The notes: generated by a model from the letters alone, not told the origin. DNA of 64,000 nucleotides from Candidatus Latescibacterota bacterium (GCA_965203175.1 OZ241867.1:2080001-2144000), one strand, 5' to 3'; shown: positions 28,343 to 38,714, numbered from the stretch's first letter. A program made the numbers and translations.

Positions 28343-30784
28343 ATGCTGCGCAGTTACGTCGTAATCGCACTGCGGAACCTGATACGCGACAAAGTGGTGA
28401 CCAGCATCAACATCGTGGGCTTGTCAGTCGCTATCGCCGTCAGCGCAATCCTCGGCCTTGGCGTACACGGCGCCCTGACCGCGGATTGGAACCTTCGCGA
28501 GGATGACCGCCTCTTCCGCGTAGTGGCACGCGAGATTAGCTCTGCGGGTCACATACAGCGCCCGGCGTATCAGAGCGAGGATCTCGCCGCGGCGCTCGCA
28601 GAGACGTTCCCCGAGATCGCCCGCACCACGCGCGTAATCTCGACGAGTGTCCTGATGACAGTAGGCGAGCGCCATCTCGAGCACTCAGTGGTCGAGGTTG
28701 ATCCCCCGTTCCTACAGATGTTCCACTATCCGCTCGCGGCCGGTAATCCGGCCACGGCGCTAGACGACCTCGACCAAGTCGTCATTTCCAAGCGACTGGC
28801 CGAGCGCATGTTCGGAGATGAATTCAGGGACTACCCAGAACTCGTGGGCCGGCAAATCGTCTTGCACGGCAATGAGGGACCCGAGGCATACACGGTTGCC
28901 GGTGTCTTCGCCGATCTGCCAAAAAAGCGGAGCCTGGACCTTGACGCGGCGATTCGCTTTGAGAACCGGACGAAGTATGGCATGGCCAGTTACTGGGGCG
29001 CTACGGCTTCTACGTACATCGCGCTTCAGCCCCTTGCCGAGCGGAAGGCACTCGAAGCAAAGCTCCCGGAGTTCTCCCGCACGTTCATCGCGCCGCTCTG
29101 GGAACGCTACAAAGGTGTGCGCTGGAAGGACGATCCAGACGCCTTCCTCCTCGAACTCGAAGACGCACGGACGATCTACCTCGATCCGCAGGCCCAGACC
29201 TATTATAGCTCTGAAAAATCCGTGAGCATGGAGTCAATCCTCGCCCTCGTCGCTCTGATTGGCATCATCCTAACTGTTGCCTGCATCAATTTCACCACTC
29301 TCGCCGTAGCGGGTTCCATGGGCCGGAGTGCGGAAGTGGGCGTGCGCAAGGCACTCGGCGCTAACAAGGCACAAATCGCCCTGCAGTTTTTAGGCGAGGG
29401 CGTCCTGCTGGCCTTGTTCTCTTTGATCGCCGGACTGATCCTCGTGCAGTTGGGGTTGCCCGTCTTTAACGCGCTTTATGGACTTGACCATTGGGTCGGG
29501 CTGTCGCTCGGCGATCTAGGTCTGCCAATTCTCGTCGGCGGAGGTGTCTTGTTGGTGGTGCTGATCGGCATCGCCGCAGGAAGCTATCCGGCCCTAATCG
29601 TGGCGCGGATGCAGCCTGCGTCTGTCGTCCGCGAGGTGTCGCCGTGGCGCAGAAGAAGGGCGACGAGCGCGCTTCTGACCTTGCAGTACGGCATGGCGGT
29701 TTTCCTGATCTTCTGCACCATTGCGATTCGTCAGCAGTTGGATTTTGCTCAGTCGCGCGATCTGGGATACGCGGCTGAGGAGGTCGTCGTCGTCAAGCTG
29801 CGCGGTGCAGACCCCACGCGGCTCGGCGAACGCTTCAAGGAGGCAGCCCTTTCCCAGTCGGGTGTCGCTGGTGTGGCCTTGGCCGATCGCGAATTTTCGC
29901 TCAGTGCTAGCACCAATTACATCAAGCGGCCGGACGGGGAGCGCGTGAGCGTGTTCGTGTATGCCGTTGACCCCGACTTCTTCACCACCTTGGGCATCGA
30001 CCTCGTATCCGGCCGCTCCTTTGCGGCCGGACGGCTGGCTGATCGGACGGAAAGTGTCGTTGTCAATCAGCGCTTTGCGGACGCTTACGGCTGGGGGGAA
30101 AATGCCGTTGGCGAATTCCTGCCGGAGTACGGGGGCTACGGCGTGAGCAAAACGCCTACCGTCATCGGCGTCATACCGGACTTCCACTTCCGCTCTCTTC
30201 GGGAGCCGATCAAACCCGCCGTGTTCCACTATGGGCCGGAAGTGTCCTTTAAGCGGGCACTGGTGCGGCTGAATACACACGAGGTTGACGACGCGCTCGC
30301 GGGACTAGAGCAGCTATGGGAAAGGGTGGCACCCGAACAACCCTTTGAGTACGAGTTCCTCGACCGGGCTTTTGCCCGTCAGTACGAGAATGACAAGGAG
30401 AGCAGTCGCACCGTTACCTTTGCCTCCGTCGTCGCCATTCTCATTGCCTGCATGGGTTTGTTCGGCCACGCGACTATCGTCCTGCAGCGGCGCACCAAGG
30501 AGATCGGCGTCCGCAAAGTGCTCGGCGCTACGGTGGCAGAGATCCTCGCGCTCTTGTCGCGCGACCTGACGAAAATGGTTGCCTTGGCCTGCCTGTTGGC
30601 GTTTCCGCTGGCCCACTTCTTGGTAGGGCAATGGATGTCGCGATACGCCTATCAGTTTGGGTTGGGACTGACGACGTACCTCCTCTGCGGGACGATCGCT
30701 TTTGCGATTGCACTGGGCACGGTGGCGTACATCGGCGTCCGAGCCGCACGGGAGAATCCCGTACATGCCCTGCGCTATGAGTAG
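28343..30784 (+). CDS. ABC transporter permease, duplicated MacB-PCD/FtsX type (copy 6, divergent)
   Basis: MLRSYVVIALRNL, INFTTL, EVGVRKALGA, RRTKEIGVRKVLGA, NPVHALRYE; AGGAGG RBS. Confidence 0.92.
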   Translation: MLRSYVVIALRNLIRDKVVTSINIVGLSVAIAVSAILGLGVHGALTADWNLREDDRLFRVVAREISSAGHIQRPAYQSEDLAAALAETFPEIARTTRVISTSVLMTVGERHLEHSVVEVDPPFLQMFHYPLAAGNPATALDDLDQVVISKRLAERMFGDEFRDYPELVGRQIVLHGNEGPEAYTVAGVFADLPKKRSLDLDAAIRFENRTKYGMASYWGATASTYIALQPLAERKALEAKLPEFSRTFIAPLWERYKGVRWKDDPDAFLLELEDARTIYLDPQAQTYYSSEKSVSMESILALVALIGIILTVACINFTTLAVAGSMGRSAEVGVRKALGANKAQIALQFLGEGVLLALFSLIAGLILVQLGLPVFNALYGLDHWVGLSLGDLGLPILVGGGVLLVVLIGIAAGSYPALIVARMQPASVVREVSPWRRRRATSALLTLQYGMAVFLIFCTIAIRQQLDFAQSRDLGYAAEEVVVVKLRGADPTRLGERFKEAALSQSGVAGVALADREFSLSASTNYIKRPDGERVSVFVYAVDPDFFTTLGIDLVSGRSFAAGRLADRTESVVVNQRFADAYGWGENAVGEFLPEYGGYGVSKTPTVIGVIPDFHFRSLREPIKPAVFHYGPEVSFKRALVRLNTHEVDDALAGLEQLWERVAPEQPFEYEFLDRAFARQYENDKESSRTVTFASVVAILIACMGLFGHATIVLQRRTKEIGVRKVLGATVAEILALLSRDLTKMVALACLLAFPLAHFLVGQWMSRYAYQFGLGLTTYLLCGTIAFAIALGTVAYIGVRAARENPVHALRYE

Positions 30785-30908
30785 CACGCGGAATCTACCG
30801 TCATCGAGTGTACTTCGGGACGCTGCCTGCCGATCCTTGCTGTAATACAGTCCAACTCTATAATTGGAGGGTCGATGGCTCCGAGTAATTGATGAAAGGA
30901 GGGCCGCA

Positions 30909-33146
30909 ATGACGCCCTCACAACTCCAGTCGGCCGTTGTCGCCTCGGCCCTCGCCACTTCCGCAGCGCTTGCTGAAGAAAATGTAGTTTACTGGGTCTC
31001 AGCACCGGTTCAGCCCGGGGAGACCGTGATGATGTGTGGCTTTTTCCCGCAGCCCGACGCCGTGGAAATTGCGGTGGAGCGCCTTGCAGACCGAGATCCC
31101 GGCAAGCCTTTCGGGCAGCCGTGGCAGCCTCCCAAGCGCTTGCCCGGGACCGTCAAACCGCTCCAGACGAGCGAGACAGCCCTGATGTTCGAACTGCCCG
31201 AGCACGGCGCACCCGGCGTGTATTACTACGCTGTGCACTCGGATGCCGCCGCGAGCTTCGGACGCCTCAATGTGCCTACGCCTTGGTGGACACTCGGCGA
31301 TGTCGTTGCTACCGATACCCCTTTTGGCAAATGGCGCTTGGAGGACGGTGCCGCTTATGCCGGCGGCAGGCTGCGCATCCTTGGACGCTGCCTGAAGTTA
31401 GGGGAGAAAAAGCCAACCGTGGCTCTCCGATCCGAGGACGGACGCGTGACGCTGCTGCAACCAGAAAAAGCAGAGCCTTTCTCGCTCGCAGTGACGGTGC
31501 CGGAAGGGCTGGCCCCAGGCCGCTATGAGCTGTTTGTGCACAACGGGTACGGCGGACAGCACGCTTGGAGCGAACCACTCGACATTGCGGTCCTGCACCG
31601 GGAGGAGGAAGACCAACCCTTGATAAAGGTGGCTGATTTCGGGGCGGAGGGGGACGATGAGCGGGACGACACCGATGCGATCCAGTCGGCGCTGAAGGAG
31701 GCGGGCGAACTCGGCGGGGCCGTCGTGCTGGTACCGCGGGGACGCTTTGTCGTCAGCGAGAAGTTGGTAATTCCGCCGCACGTAACGCTTCGCGGTGCCG
31801 GGCGCGAGCTGACCGCCCTGTGCATGGCGGATACTGACGATCCGCCCGACGCCTGGATCGAAGGCTCCCACCACTTCGCCATCGAGGACCTTACCTTCTA
31901 CTGCAACCACCACTACCACGTCATCTCCAACAATACTGCGGCGGCCGTCCACGCCCCGGCTGCTCCCATAGAGAATCCGGAGACCGCTGGCCACGTGCGC
32001 CTTGCGCGGGTGCGCGTGCGGGCTGATTCGTTCAGGGGGCACCTGTCGCCGGACAAGCAGGAGGAGCGCGCCCGCACTCCTGGGCCACGCGATACCATCC
32101 GCCTGAGCGGCCCCGATATCCGCATAACGGATTGCGACGTATACGGGTCCGAGCGCTCCATCTACCTTCACTACGTGGTCGGGGCCTTAGTGGAGAACAA
32201 CATCTTCTATAACGGGCGCTCGGGTTGGATGAATTTCAACGGCTGTGAGAACATCGTCTTCGAGCACAACCGCATCGTCGGTGCCGATTTGATGTCCACC
32301 GGTGGGGGATACGCGTGCTTTACCCGAGGGGTTTCTCGCAATATCTACACCGCCCACAACAGCTATGAGAATATGAACGGCTGGGACCGGGAGGCGTTTA
32401 CCTCCGATGCTGGCGGCGGGGCGTACTTTGGCCCTGTGGTTGCGGTCGAGGGAGACTGGATTTTGCTGGCGGACGACCCGAAGTGGCAGCATCGGCATTG
32501 GACCAATACCCTCGTCGCCGTCATCGCCGGACGCGGGCGCGGCCAGTACCGGTTTGTGAAATCGTGGGATGGGAGGCGGGTGCAGCTCGACCGGTCGTTC
32601 GACGTTCCGCTAGACGAGACCTCGCGGGTCACGGTCACTATGACGCACCGGCGCTACATCTTCTACGACAACGAAACCCGCGACGCTGGCATTGCCATCC
32701 AGTTCTACGGCACGGCCACCGAACACATCGTGGCCAATAACCGCGTTTGGCGCGCCGACGGGTTCCGAGCTTATGGTTTCTCTTACACTGGAGGAGTCCA
32801 GCCCAACCTCTATCTCCAGTTTCTCGGCAACGAGATCCGCGAGGGCAACTGCTACCGCTACGACGACCCTTTGGTATATCCGGCGCGCCTGAGCGTGGAA
32901 GGCACTCTGCCGAGCCTGCACTTTGGCTCTGTTTTGCGCAATAATCACCTCCACAACAATGCGCAGATAGAGGTGGGCGTGGGTGCGGACAGCGATGGGG
33001 CGACGGAGAACGTGGTGGTCGAGGGCAACACGGTTGAGAACTCCGACCTCGGGATCCTCGTGGACGCAGGATGCCGGAACGTGTTGCTGCGGCGGAACCA
33101 GACCGAGCGCTGTCTCGTGCCGCTGCTGGACAACCGGGCGCGGTAG
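30909..33146 (+). CDS. Secreted pectate-lyase-superfamily / right-handed beta-helix glycan-active protein
   Basis: VADFGAEGDDERDDTDAIQSAL...VLVPRGRF...VTLRGAG and Asn-rich beta-helix; signal-peptide-like N-terminus; AAGGAGG RBS. Confidence 0.8.
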   Translation: MTPSQLQSAVVASALATSAALAEENVVYWVSAPVQPGETVMMCGFFPQPDAVEIAVERLADRDPGKPFGQPWQPPKRLPGTVKPLQTSETALMFELPEHGAPGVYYYAVHSDAAASFGRLNVPTPWWTLGDVVATDTPFGKWRLEDGAAYAGGRLRILGRCLKLGEKKPTVALRSEDGRVTLLQPEKAEPFSLAVTVPEGLAPGRYELFVHNGYGGQHAWSEPLDIAVLHREEEDQPLIKVADFGAEGDDERDDTDAIQSALKEAGELGGAVVLVPRGRFVVSEKLVIPPHVTLRGAGRELTALCMADTDDPPDAWIEGSHHFAIEDLTFYCNHHYHVISNNTAAAVHAPAAPIENPETAGHVRLARVRVRADSFRGHLSPDKQEERARTPGPRDTIRLSGPDIRITDCDVYGSERSIYLHYVVGALVENNIFYNGRSGWMNFNGCENIVFEHNRIVGADLMSTGGGYACFTRGVSRNIYTAHNSYENMNGWDREAFTSDAGGGAYFGPVVAVEGDWILLADDPKWQHRHWTNTLVAVIAGRGRGQYRFVKSWDGRRVQLDRSFDVPLDETSRVTVTMTHRRYIFYDNETRDAGIAIQFYGTATEHIVANNRVWRADGFRAYGFSYTGGVQPNLYLQFLGNEIREGNCYRYDDPLVYPARLSVEGTLPSLHFGSVLRNNHLHNNAQIEVGVGADSDGATENVVVEGNTVENSDLGILVDAGCRNVLLRRNQTERCLVPLLDNRAR

Positions 33147-33175
33147 CCGGGACTTTCGAGGTAATGAAATCTCAC

Positions 33176-33299
33176 TAGGACTTTTCTAGCCGCGTCGGTT
33201 TATTTTTTACGATCCTTGTAGCGGCGGCCCCGATCTTCGACGCGGCGCTCGCGCACTAATTCCATTACCGGGACGCTGTAGCCGCAACTAGTGCCGGTC
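33176..33299 (-). repeat. Duplicated 3' end (about 33 codons plus downstream flank) of the PNPOx-family gene at 49297-49806, copy A
   Basis: gatccttgtagcggcggcc...gccgcaactagtgccggtc is near-identical to 49308-49396; encodes TGTSCGYSVPVMELVRERRVEDRGRRYKDRKK*. Confidence 0.93.
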
Positions 33300-34404
33300 C
33301 CCCTCCCAGAGCCCGCCGCAGGAAATCCACCCCGCGCGGGATGGCACCTCTCAGTGAGAAGATCTGGTGTCCGCCTCCCTCGTAGATGAACGCCTCGAAT
33401 TCGGGAGGCTCACGTCCCAGCGCTTCCATGGTCCGGATCAGGGAATGAGCTTGGCTGACGGCGACGGTTCCGTCAGCGTCGCCGTGGTGGAGCTGGACCG
33501 CGGGCAGGTCCTCGGCGAACAGAACCGAGGAGCGGCGCACCAGCTCGAGGCGAACTTTTGCGAGGTCAACTTTACCTCTCATGTAGGGCTGAATGAAGGT
33601 AGTATCGATGTGGGCGACCCCGGGCAGGTCACGCGGAGAGCCCATGGCCGCGTCCCGCGCAATCTCCCGCACCCAGTCGTCGAAGAAGTCGGTGGGCCCG
33701 AACAAGGCCACAATGTTCTCGATGCGCTCGTCGCGGATTCCGGCCAGCAGGGCAACGCCTGCTCCTCGGCTGCCACCGACGATACTCAGGCCTTCGATTC
33801 TCGCCTGCGGCGTTATCTCCAATGCAACGTTGAGGAGCGCTAAGGCGTCGTCCACGTCGTAGTCCCAGTGACCGCCGGTGCCGGTCGAAACCCACTCCTG
33901 GTTCTCGTACTCGAGCGGTTCGCTGCGAAAGGACGGGATCACATAGACAAAATTGTCGCGCAGTTCGCCGAGGGCGAAGATCACGAGGGCGATTTCATCC
34001 ACCTCAACGCCGCTGTCGCCTCCGTGCAGGTACATCAGGATGGGCAAGCTGCCCGGAGCCGCGGAGTCGGGGGCGAGGATCGCTCCGTAGTGGAGTGCCT
34101 CCCCCACTCTGTGGGACACGATGCGCAGGGTTGCCGGGGTCTCGCTTAGAGGATACGACTCGGTGAGTTCGATGGTCGCCTCGGCCGCGGAAATGTCGCG
34201 CCGGGCCCAATCGGCGCGGACGGCTTCCACCTCGGCTGCGGTCGGAGGCGCGAAGAGGTCGTCGAGTTTGGCCTCTAGGTCGATCGCGTCGGCAGCGGGC
34301 TCCACCGGATCGCCGGCCTGGTCGCATCCCGCCACCAGCCCAAGCAGCAGCACAGCCGGCAATAGCCCGCGCCCGCGTCGAATGTCCAGACCACCTGTCT
34401 TCAA
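33265..34404 (-). CDS. Lipoprotein alpha/beta hydrolase (S9 peptidase/esterase-like)
   Basis: Lipobox LVAGC; LHGG, GGSRG nucleophile, HHGDAD, GGGH. Confidence 0.82.
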   Translation of the reverse strand: MKTGGLDIRRGRGLLPAVLLLGLVAGCDQAGDPVEPAADAIDLEAKLDDLFAPPTAAEVEAVRADWARRDISAAEATIELTESYPLSETPATLRIVSHRVGEALHYGAILAPDSAAPGSLPILMYLHGGDSGVEVDEIALVIFALGELRDNFVYVIPSFRSEPLEYENQEWVSTGTGGHWDYDVDDALALLNVALEITPQARIEGLSIVGGSRGAGVALLAGIRDERIENIVALFGPTDFFDDWVREIARDAAMGSPRDLPGVAHIDTTFIQPYMRGKVDLAKVRLELVRRSSVLFAEDLPAVQLHHGDADGTVAVSQAHSLIRTMEALGREPPEFEAFIYEGGGHQIFSLRGAIPRGVDFLRRALGGGPALVAATASR

Positions 34405-34502
34405 GAGCGACTCCTAAGTTCTCTGATATCAATCTGCCCTAAGCATCCTAATATAAGCCTGTTGCACCCACGCACGGGGGAGTGAGCCGAGCGCGGATCC
34501 TA

Positions 34503-34536
34503 TTGCCAAGACTATTGGTATTATATACAATACCAA
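34503..34536 (+). promoter_or_regulatory. Sigma70 promoter with palindromic operator for the PIN TA operon (probably leaderless)
   Basis: TTGCCA-17bp-TACAAT; inverted repeat TTGGTATT (34515-34522)/AATACCAA (34529-34536); ATG starts at the 7th base after the -10. Confidence 0.75.
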
Positions 34537-34537
34537 A

Positions 34538-34966
34538 ATGGAACTGGCTCAAGTTGTTTTGGATACCAACATCTTGGTCACAGCGCTTCGCTCTAAACGA
34601 GGCGCTTCCTTTAAGCTGATCTCTTTGATTGACAAGGGGCCATTTAAGGTCAATCTCTCGGTGTCGCTCGTCTTTCAATATGAAGAAATACTTCGACGCC
34701 AGAGACGCAGTTTACATGTTACCCAGGACGATATTGCAGATTTTCTTGATTATCTGTGTTCGGTGGCCAATTTGCATGAAATCTATTTCCTCTGGCGGCC
34801 GTACCTGCCGGATCCGCAGGATGATATGATTCTGGAATTGGCCGTCAATGCGGGCTGTAAGTATATCGTGACCTATAACAAACGGGACTTTCGAGGTGCG
34901 GAGACGTTTGGTATTGAGGTCGTAACGGCCAAAGAGTTTCTGGAAAGGATAGGAGCCTTATCATGA
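34538..34966 (+). CDS. PIN-domain toxin (VapC-like)
   Basis: VVLDTNIL, YEE, DPQDDMILELA, VTYNKRDF. Confidence 0.92.
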   Translation: MELAQVVLDTNILVTALRSKRGASFKLISLIDKGPFKVNLSVSLVFQYEEILRRQRRSLHVTQDDIADFLDYLCSVANLHEIYFLWRPYLPDPQDDMILELAVNAGCKYIVTYNKRDFRGAETFGIEVVTAKEFLERIGALS

Positions 34967-35199
34967 GTACGCTGAGCGTTCGATTGCCCGACTCACTACA
35001 TAAGCGAGTCAAGCAGATGGCAGAAGGAGAAGGGGTTTCAATGAATCAGTTCATCACCTTGGCAGTGACGGAGAAGGTATCGGCGCTGATGACAGTTGAG
35101 TATCTCGAAGAGCGTGCTAAGCGAGGTAGTCGCCAGAAGTTTGAAGCTGTTTTGGCAAACGTGCCGGACGTAGAGCCGGAAGTACATGATCGGTTATAA
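34963..35199 (+). CDS. Ribbon-helix-helix (CopG/HicB-like) antitoxin
   Basis: STLSVRLPDSLH...GVSMNQFI; ATGA overlap with the PIN gene. Confidence 0.88.
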   Translation: MSTLSVRLPDSLHKRVKQMAEGEGVSMNQFITLAVTEKVSALMTVEYLEERAKRGSRQKFEAVLANVPDVEPEVHDRL

Positions 35200-35259
35200 T
35201 CAGCCCTAACTAGGACTTTCCCTGCCGCGTATCGCAAGCGCCAAAGCCAGGGAGCAGCT

Positions 35260-36723
35260 ATGGGAAGTGAAAAATTGTTTACAACGGCACCCTCACCTGA
35301 AAGCTCGGGAATACCTTCGCGGGCGATTCTGAATTTTCTGCAGCGGATCGACGCCGAGCGAATCTGCATGCACGGGTTCCTGCTGGTGCGTCACAACAGA
35401 ATTGCGGCTGAGGGATACTGGGCCCCGTGGACGGCGGAACGCATGCACCGGATCTATTCGGTCAGCAAGAGCTTGGTCGCGTTGGCGGTCGGGATGATGA
35501 TCGACGAAGGCCGGCTCACCCTCGACGATCAGGTCGCCGAATACTTCCCGGACAAACTGCCGCAAGAACTTCATCCGTGGCTTGCCGCCTCGACCGTCCG
35601 GGATCTCCTGACGATGACGACTCCCCATTCGACAACCTCTTATACGCGCGACGATCCGGACTGGGTTTGGACCTTTTTCAACCGGACCCCCTCGCATCCT
35701 CCCGGAACGATCTTTTCGTACGACACTGCGGCAACCGTGGTGCTCACGGCCACGGTCGAACGGCTTGCTGGCATGCCCTTTCTGGATTACATGCGACCGC
35801 GATTTCTGGAGCGGATCGGATTCTCCGCTGACGCATGGTGCATCCGCACGCCCGAGGGTGTGTCGTGGGGCGGATCGGGAGTCATCTGTAGGCTTCGCGA
35901 TATAGCCAGAGTCGCACTCGTCTGTATGAATGGCGGCATGTGGGGCGATGAACGGGTCCTCCCGGAGGCGTACGTGCGCGCCGCGACCTCCAGCCAGATC
36001 GACAACGCCATCCGGGGGAACTGCGGATATGGATATCAGATCTGGCGAGAAAAAGAGAACGGATTCTCCTTCCGCGGGATGGGCAGTCAGTACGCCGTCT
36101 GTTTTCCCGACAAAGAGTTTCTGTTCACATGCATCGCCGATACCCAGGGCGCTTCGGCCGGCAGCGACATTCCGGTCGTGATGCGCGAGGAACTCTACCC
36201 CCACCTAGCAGACGCGCCGCTTGCCGAAAACCGCGATGCCCACGCGGAGCTCTGCGATAAGATCGAGCGGCTGGCAGTCCTGCCGATCCCCGGGACCCCC
36301 GACGCAAGGGCGGCTTTGGCAGTCAACGGAGCCTGGTATGCTTTGGAAGACAACCCGATGGGGATCACGCGGATGCGCCTGTTATTCAAGGAGGATGAGG
36401 GCGTCTGGGAGTACACCAACGGTCAGGGCGACAATGTGCTGCGGTTCGGTATCGGGCGCGTGCTGTCCGGCAAGTTCCCTCAACGCAACTACTTCGGCGA
36501 ACAGATCGGCTCGGTCCCCGGCATTGAATATGATTGTCTGGCCTCGGCCGCGTGGATCGACGAGCAGACGCTCAACATGGAAGTCTATATCACGGATATT
36601 TACTTGGGTGGGCTCAGGGTATCTCTCGCCTTCAAGGGGGAGGAGATCGGCGTCTTTATGACGAAGCAAGCCGAGTGGTTCTTGGACGAATTCAATGGAT
36701 TCGCCGGAGGAAGGTGCCTCTAA
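35260..36723 (+). CDS. Serine hydrolase, beta-lactamase class C-like family
   Basis: SVSK (SxxK), LLTM, PGTIFSY, GYGYQIW. Confidence 0.88.
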   Translation: MGSEKLFTTAPSPESSGIPSRAILNFLQRIDAERICMHGFLLVRHNRIAAEGYWAPWTAERMHRIYSVSKSLVALAVGMMIDEGRLTLDDQVAEYFPDKLPQELHPWLAASTVRDLLTMTTPHSTTSYTRDDPDWVWTFFNRTPSHPPGTIFSYDTAATVVLTATVERLAGMPFLDYMRPRFLERIGFSADAWCIRTPEGVSWGGSGVICRLRDIARVALVCMNGGMWGDERVLPEAYVRAATSSQIDNAIRGNCGYGYQIWREKENGFSFRGMGSQYAVCFPDKEFLFTCIADTQGASAGSDIPVVMREELYPHLADAPLAENRDAHAELCDKIERLAVLPIPGTPDARAALAVNGAWYALEDNPMGITRMRLLFKEDEGVWEYTNGQGDNVLRFGIGRVLSGKFPQRNYFGEQIGSVPGIEYDCLASAAWIDEQTLNMEVYITDIYLGGLRVSLAFKGEEIGVFMTKQAEWFLDEFNGFAGGRCL

Positions 36724-36765
36724 CTTGGCGCGGCGACGTGGGCTAAGAGTTAAGGGATTCTTACT

Positions 36766-37713
36766 ATGGCAAGCCAATTTCTCATAGATGGTGACCTGTT
36801 CGTCGAAGTGGTGGACAACGACGACGGAGGAGGTTTCCCGCAGAAACGGGTTGATGAACTCTCTCAAGCGAACAGGAAAGGTCTTTTTGACGACATCGCT
36901 TTCCCTTTTGAACGGGCGAACGGTTACAATGGCGTGCGCCAACTCTACAGCCGCCGCGGCCCACAGGAGAACATTTTCCGGTCATCTTGGGCAAGCAGCC
37001 TCAATTTTGAGTTCATCTATGACCGGTCCGGCAAGTCCATGATTCCCCGTTGGCTTGGCGGCAAACTCGGAACTCCGCCAACGCCAAGCCAACTCACTCG
37101 GCTCGACGACAACTCGGTCCGATTGACGACCGCGATCCCCGAACCCCGTCGCATTGAGGTCAGCACGACCTTTACCCTCGTACCACCGCATTACATTGAT
37201 TTGGAAACCACCTGCGTTGCCCATCCCGACGCTTTTGCGGGGGATTGGCTAGGGCTATTTTGGGCGAGTTATATCCACAACCCCGAAGACAAGACCACCT
37301 ATTTCCTCGGCCGTCCAGACGAAAATAGCCCTGAACAATGGATTGCATCGCTAAGGGAACAGCCACTGAACGCGCGTGCCTTTGCCAGTGAAGCCGATGC
37401 GCTAGTCGAGGGTGAGCCCAATCCAGATGGCGGCTTGTTCCACAACATTCGCCCCAGCCGATATGTCTATCCGTTCTTTTACGGATGCTGGCGCAATATG
37501 ATGCTCGAACTGATGTTCAAAAGCACCGAATCCCTGCGATTCGCGATTCAGCCAACAGGCGGCGGACGGACAAATCCAGCGTGGGATTTTGCCATGCTCA
37601 TAAGGAATTGCCAACCGCTGACCCACTATACCTTCAGTGCCCGCGTGGTCTTCAAACCGTTTGTGAGCCGTGAAGACGCATGGGAAGAGTATCAGAACTG
37701 GGTGGATGATTAG
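36766..37713 (+). CDS. Hypothetical protein, possible galactose-mutarotase-like beta-sandwich
   Basis: 315-aa ORF with GYNG, LNFE, LFWASY, GGGxxNPAWDF motifs; function not recognised. Confidence 0.55.
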   Translation: MASQFLIDGDLFVEVVDNDDGGGFPQKRVDELSQANRKGLFDDIAFPFERANGYNGVRQLYSRRGPQENIFRSSWASSLNFEFIYDRSGKSMIPRWLGGKLGTPPTPSQLTRLDDNSVRLTTAIPEPRRIEVSTTFTLVPPHYIDLETTCVAHPDAFAGDWLGLFWASYIHNPEDKTTYFLGRPDENSPEQWIASLREQPLNARAFASEADALVEGEPNPDGGLFHNIRPSRYVYPFFYGCWRNMMLELMFKSTESLRFAIQPTGGGRTNPAWDFAMLIRNCQPLTHYTFSARVVFKPFVSREDAWEEYQNWVDD

Positions 37714-37724
37714 CCCCTAGCCTC

Positions 37725-38714
37725 CTACCGCATTTCCGCCAGCGAGACCGTCCTGTGTTCTTTGGCCGAAACTGAGACGGCTGCGGCGATTTCGACATCG
37801 AGCAGGGCATCTGTCGGGGGATTGCGGGCTTCGCTGCGGCCCTCTATGGCATCGAGAAAGGCGGCGGCCTGCCGGACGAATGGAGACGGCTCGTTTGCAA
37901 AAGTGAGCACCTCGGAATGGCCCCCGTGAAAAACGGTAATGGAATCCTCGCCGGGCAGGATTCCGCCTTCGGTGCAGACAAATCGCGGCTGTGGATCGGG
38001 CATGCCCTCCGGGCCGATATAACTGGCCGTGGCCGAGGCGAAGGTGCCGTTTTCAAATCCGATTAGGGCCCCGCATGTCTCCTCCACTACGCGACCGGGT
38101 GCCGTATTTCGCAGCCGATTGGCCATCGCGGACACGGTGGTCGGCTTGCCGAGGATCCAGCGGACGGCATTGAGATAGCAGTAACTCATGTGGGTCAGCG
38201 GCATCCCCCCACTCGCCTCTTGGTCGTAGTACCACCCGTCTGGGTCCGGGTTCCACAGAGCCATGGTCACGGCCATCACCGGTGCCCCCAGTTCTCCTCC
38301 CGCCACTAGGCGCTGGATCTTCTCCCAAGCAGGGTCGTAACGGCGCTGGAACCCGGCCTCGACAATCAGACTGTTTCGAGCCGCTATTTCTGCGATCTGG
38401 CGCCCATTCTCCACACTCGAAGCGAGACATCCGCCCACGAGGAGGTCGTAACCGGCATCCAATGCCCAAATGGAGACCTCATCTTGAACGCGATGCGGAA
38501 CCTCGATTAGGATCGCGTCTGGTCCGGCCTCCCCTAATCGGCGAAAATCATCGCAGAAAACGTCGCACCCCAACTCCGCCGCGCAGCTTTCAGCGCGCTG
38601 TGTGCGCCGCGCGGCGACGCCGCAGATTTCCGCGCGGCCGGTGTCCAGCAACGCCCTGCCCCGCGCCCGGGCCATGTTCCCGGCTCCCACAATCGCTATT
38701 CGCTGTTTCGGCAT
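37725..38714 (-). CDS. Gfo/Idh/MocA family oxidoreductase
   Basis: RIAIVGAGNMA Rossmann motif, GFQRRYDP, SGGMPL; GGAG RBS upstream of ATG 38714. Confidence 0.88.
   Translation of the reverse strand: MPKQRIAIVGAGNMARARGRALLDTGRAEICGVAARRTQRAESCAAELGCDVFCDDFRRLGEAGPDAILIEVPHRVQDEVSIWALDAGYDLLVGGCLASSVENGRQIAEIAARNSLIVEAGFQRRYDPAWEKIQRLVAGGELGAPVMAVTMALWNPDPDGWYYDQEASGGMPLTHMSYCYLNAVRWILGKPTTVSAMANRLRNTAPGRVVEETCGALIGFENGTFASATASYIGPEGMPDPQPRFVCTEGGILPGEDSITVFHGGHSEVLTFANEPSPFVRQAAAFLDAIEGRSEARNPPTDALLDVEIAAAVSVSAKEHRTVSLAEMR

Noticed and set aside
35260-36723. Beta-lactam resistance gene
   Set aside because: Generic SxxK serine hydrolase with YDT in place of YxN and no signal peptide
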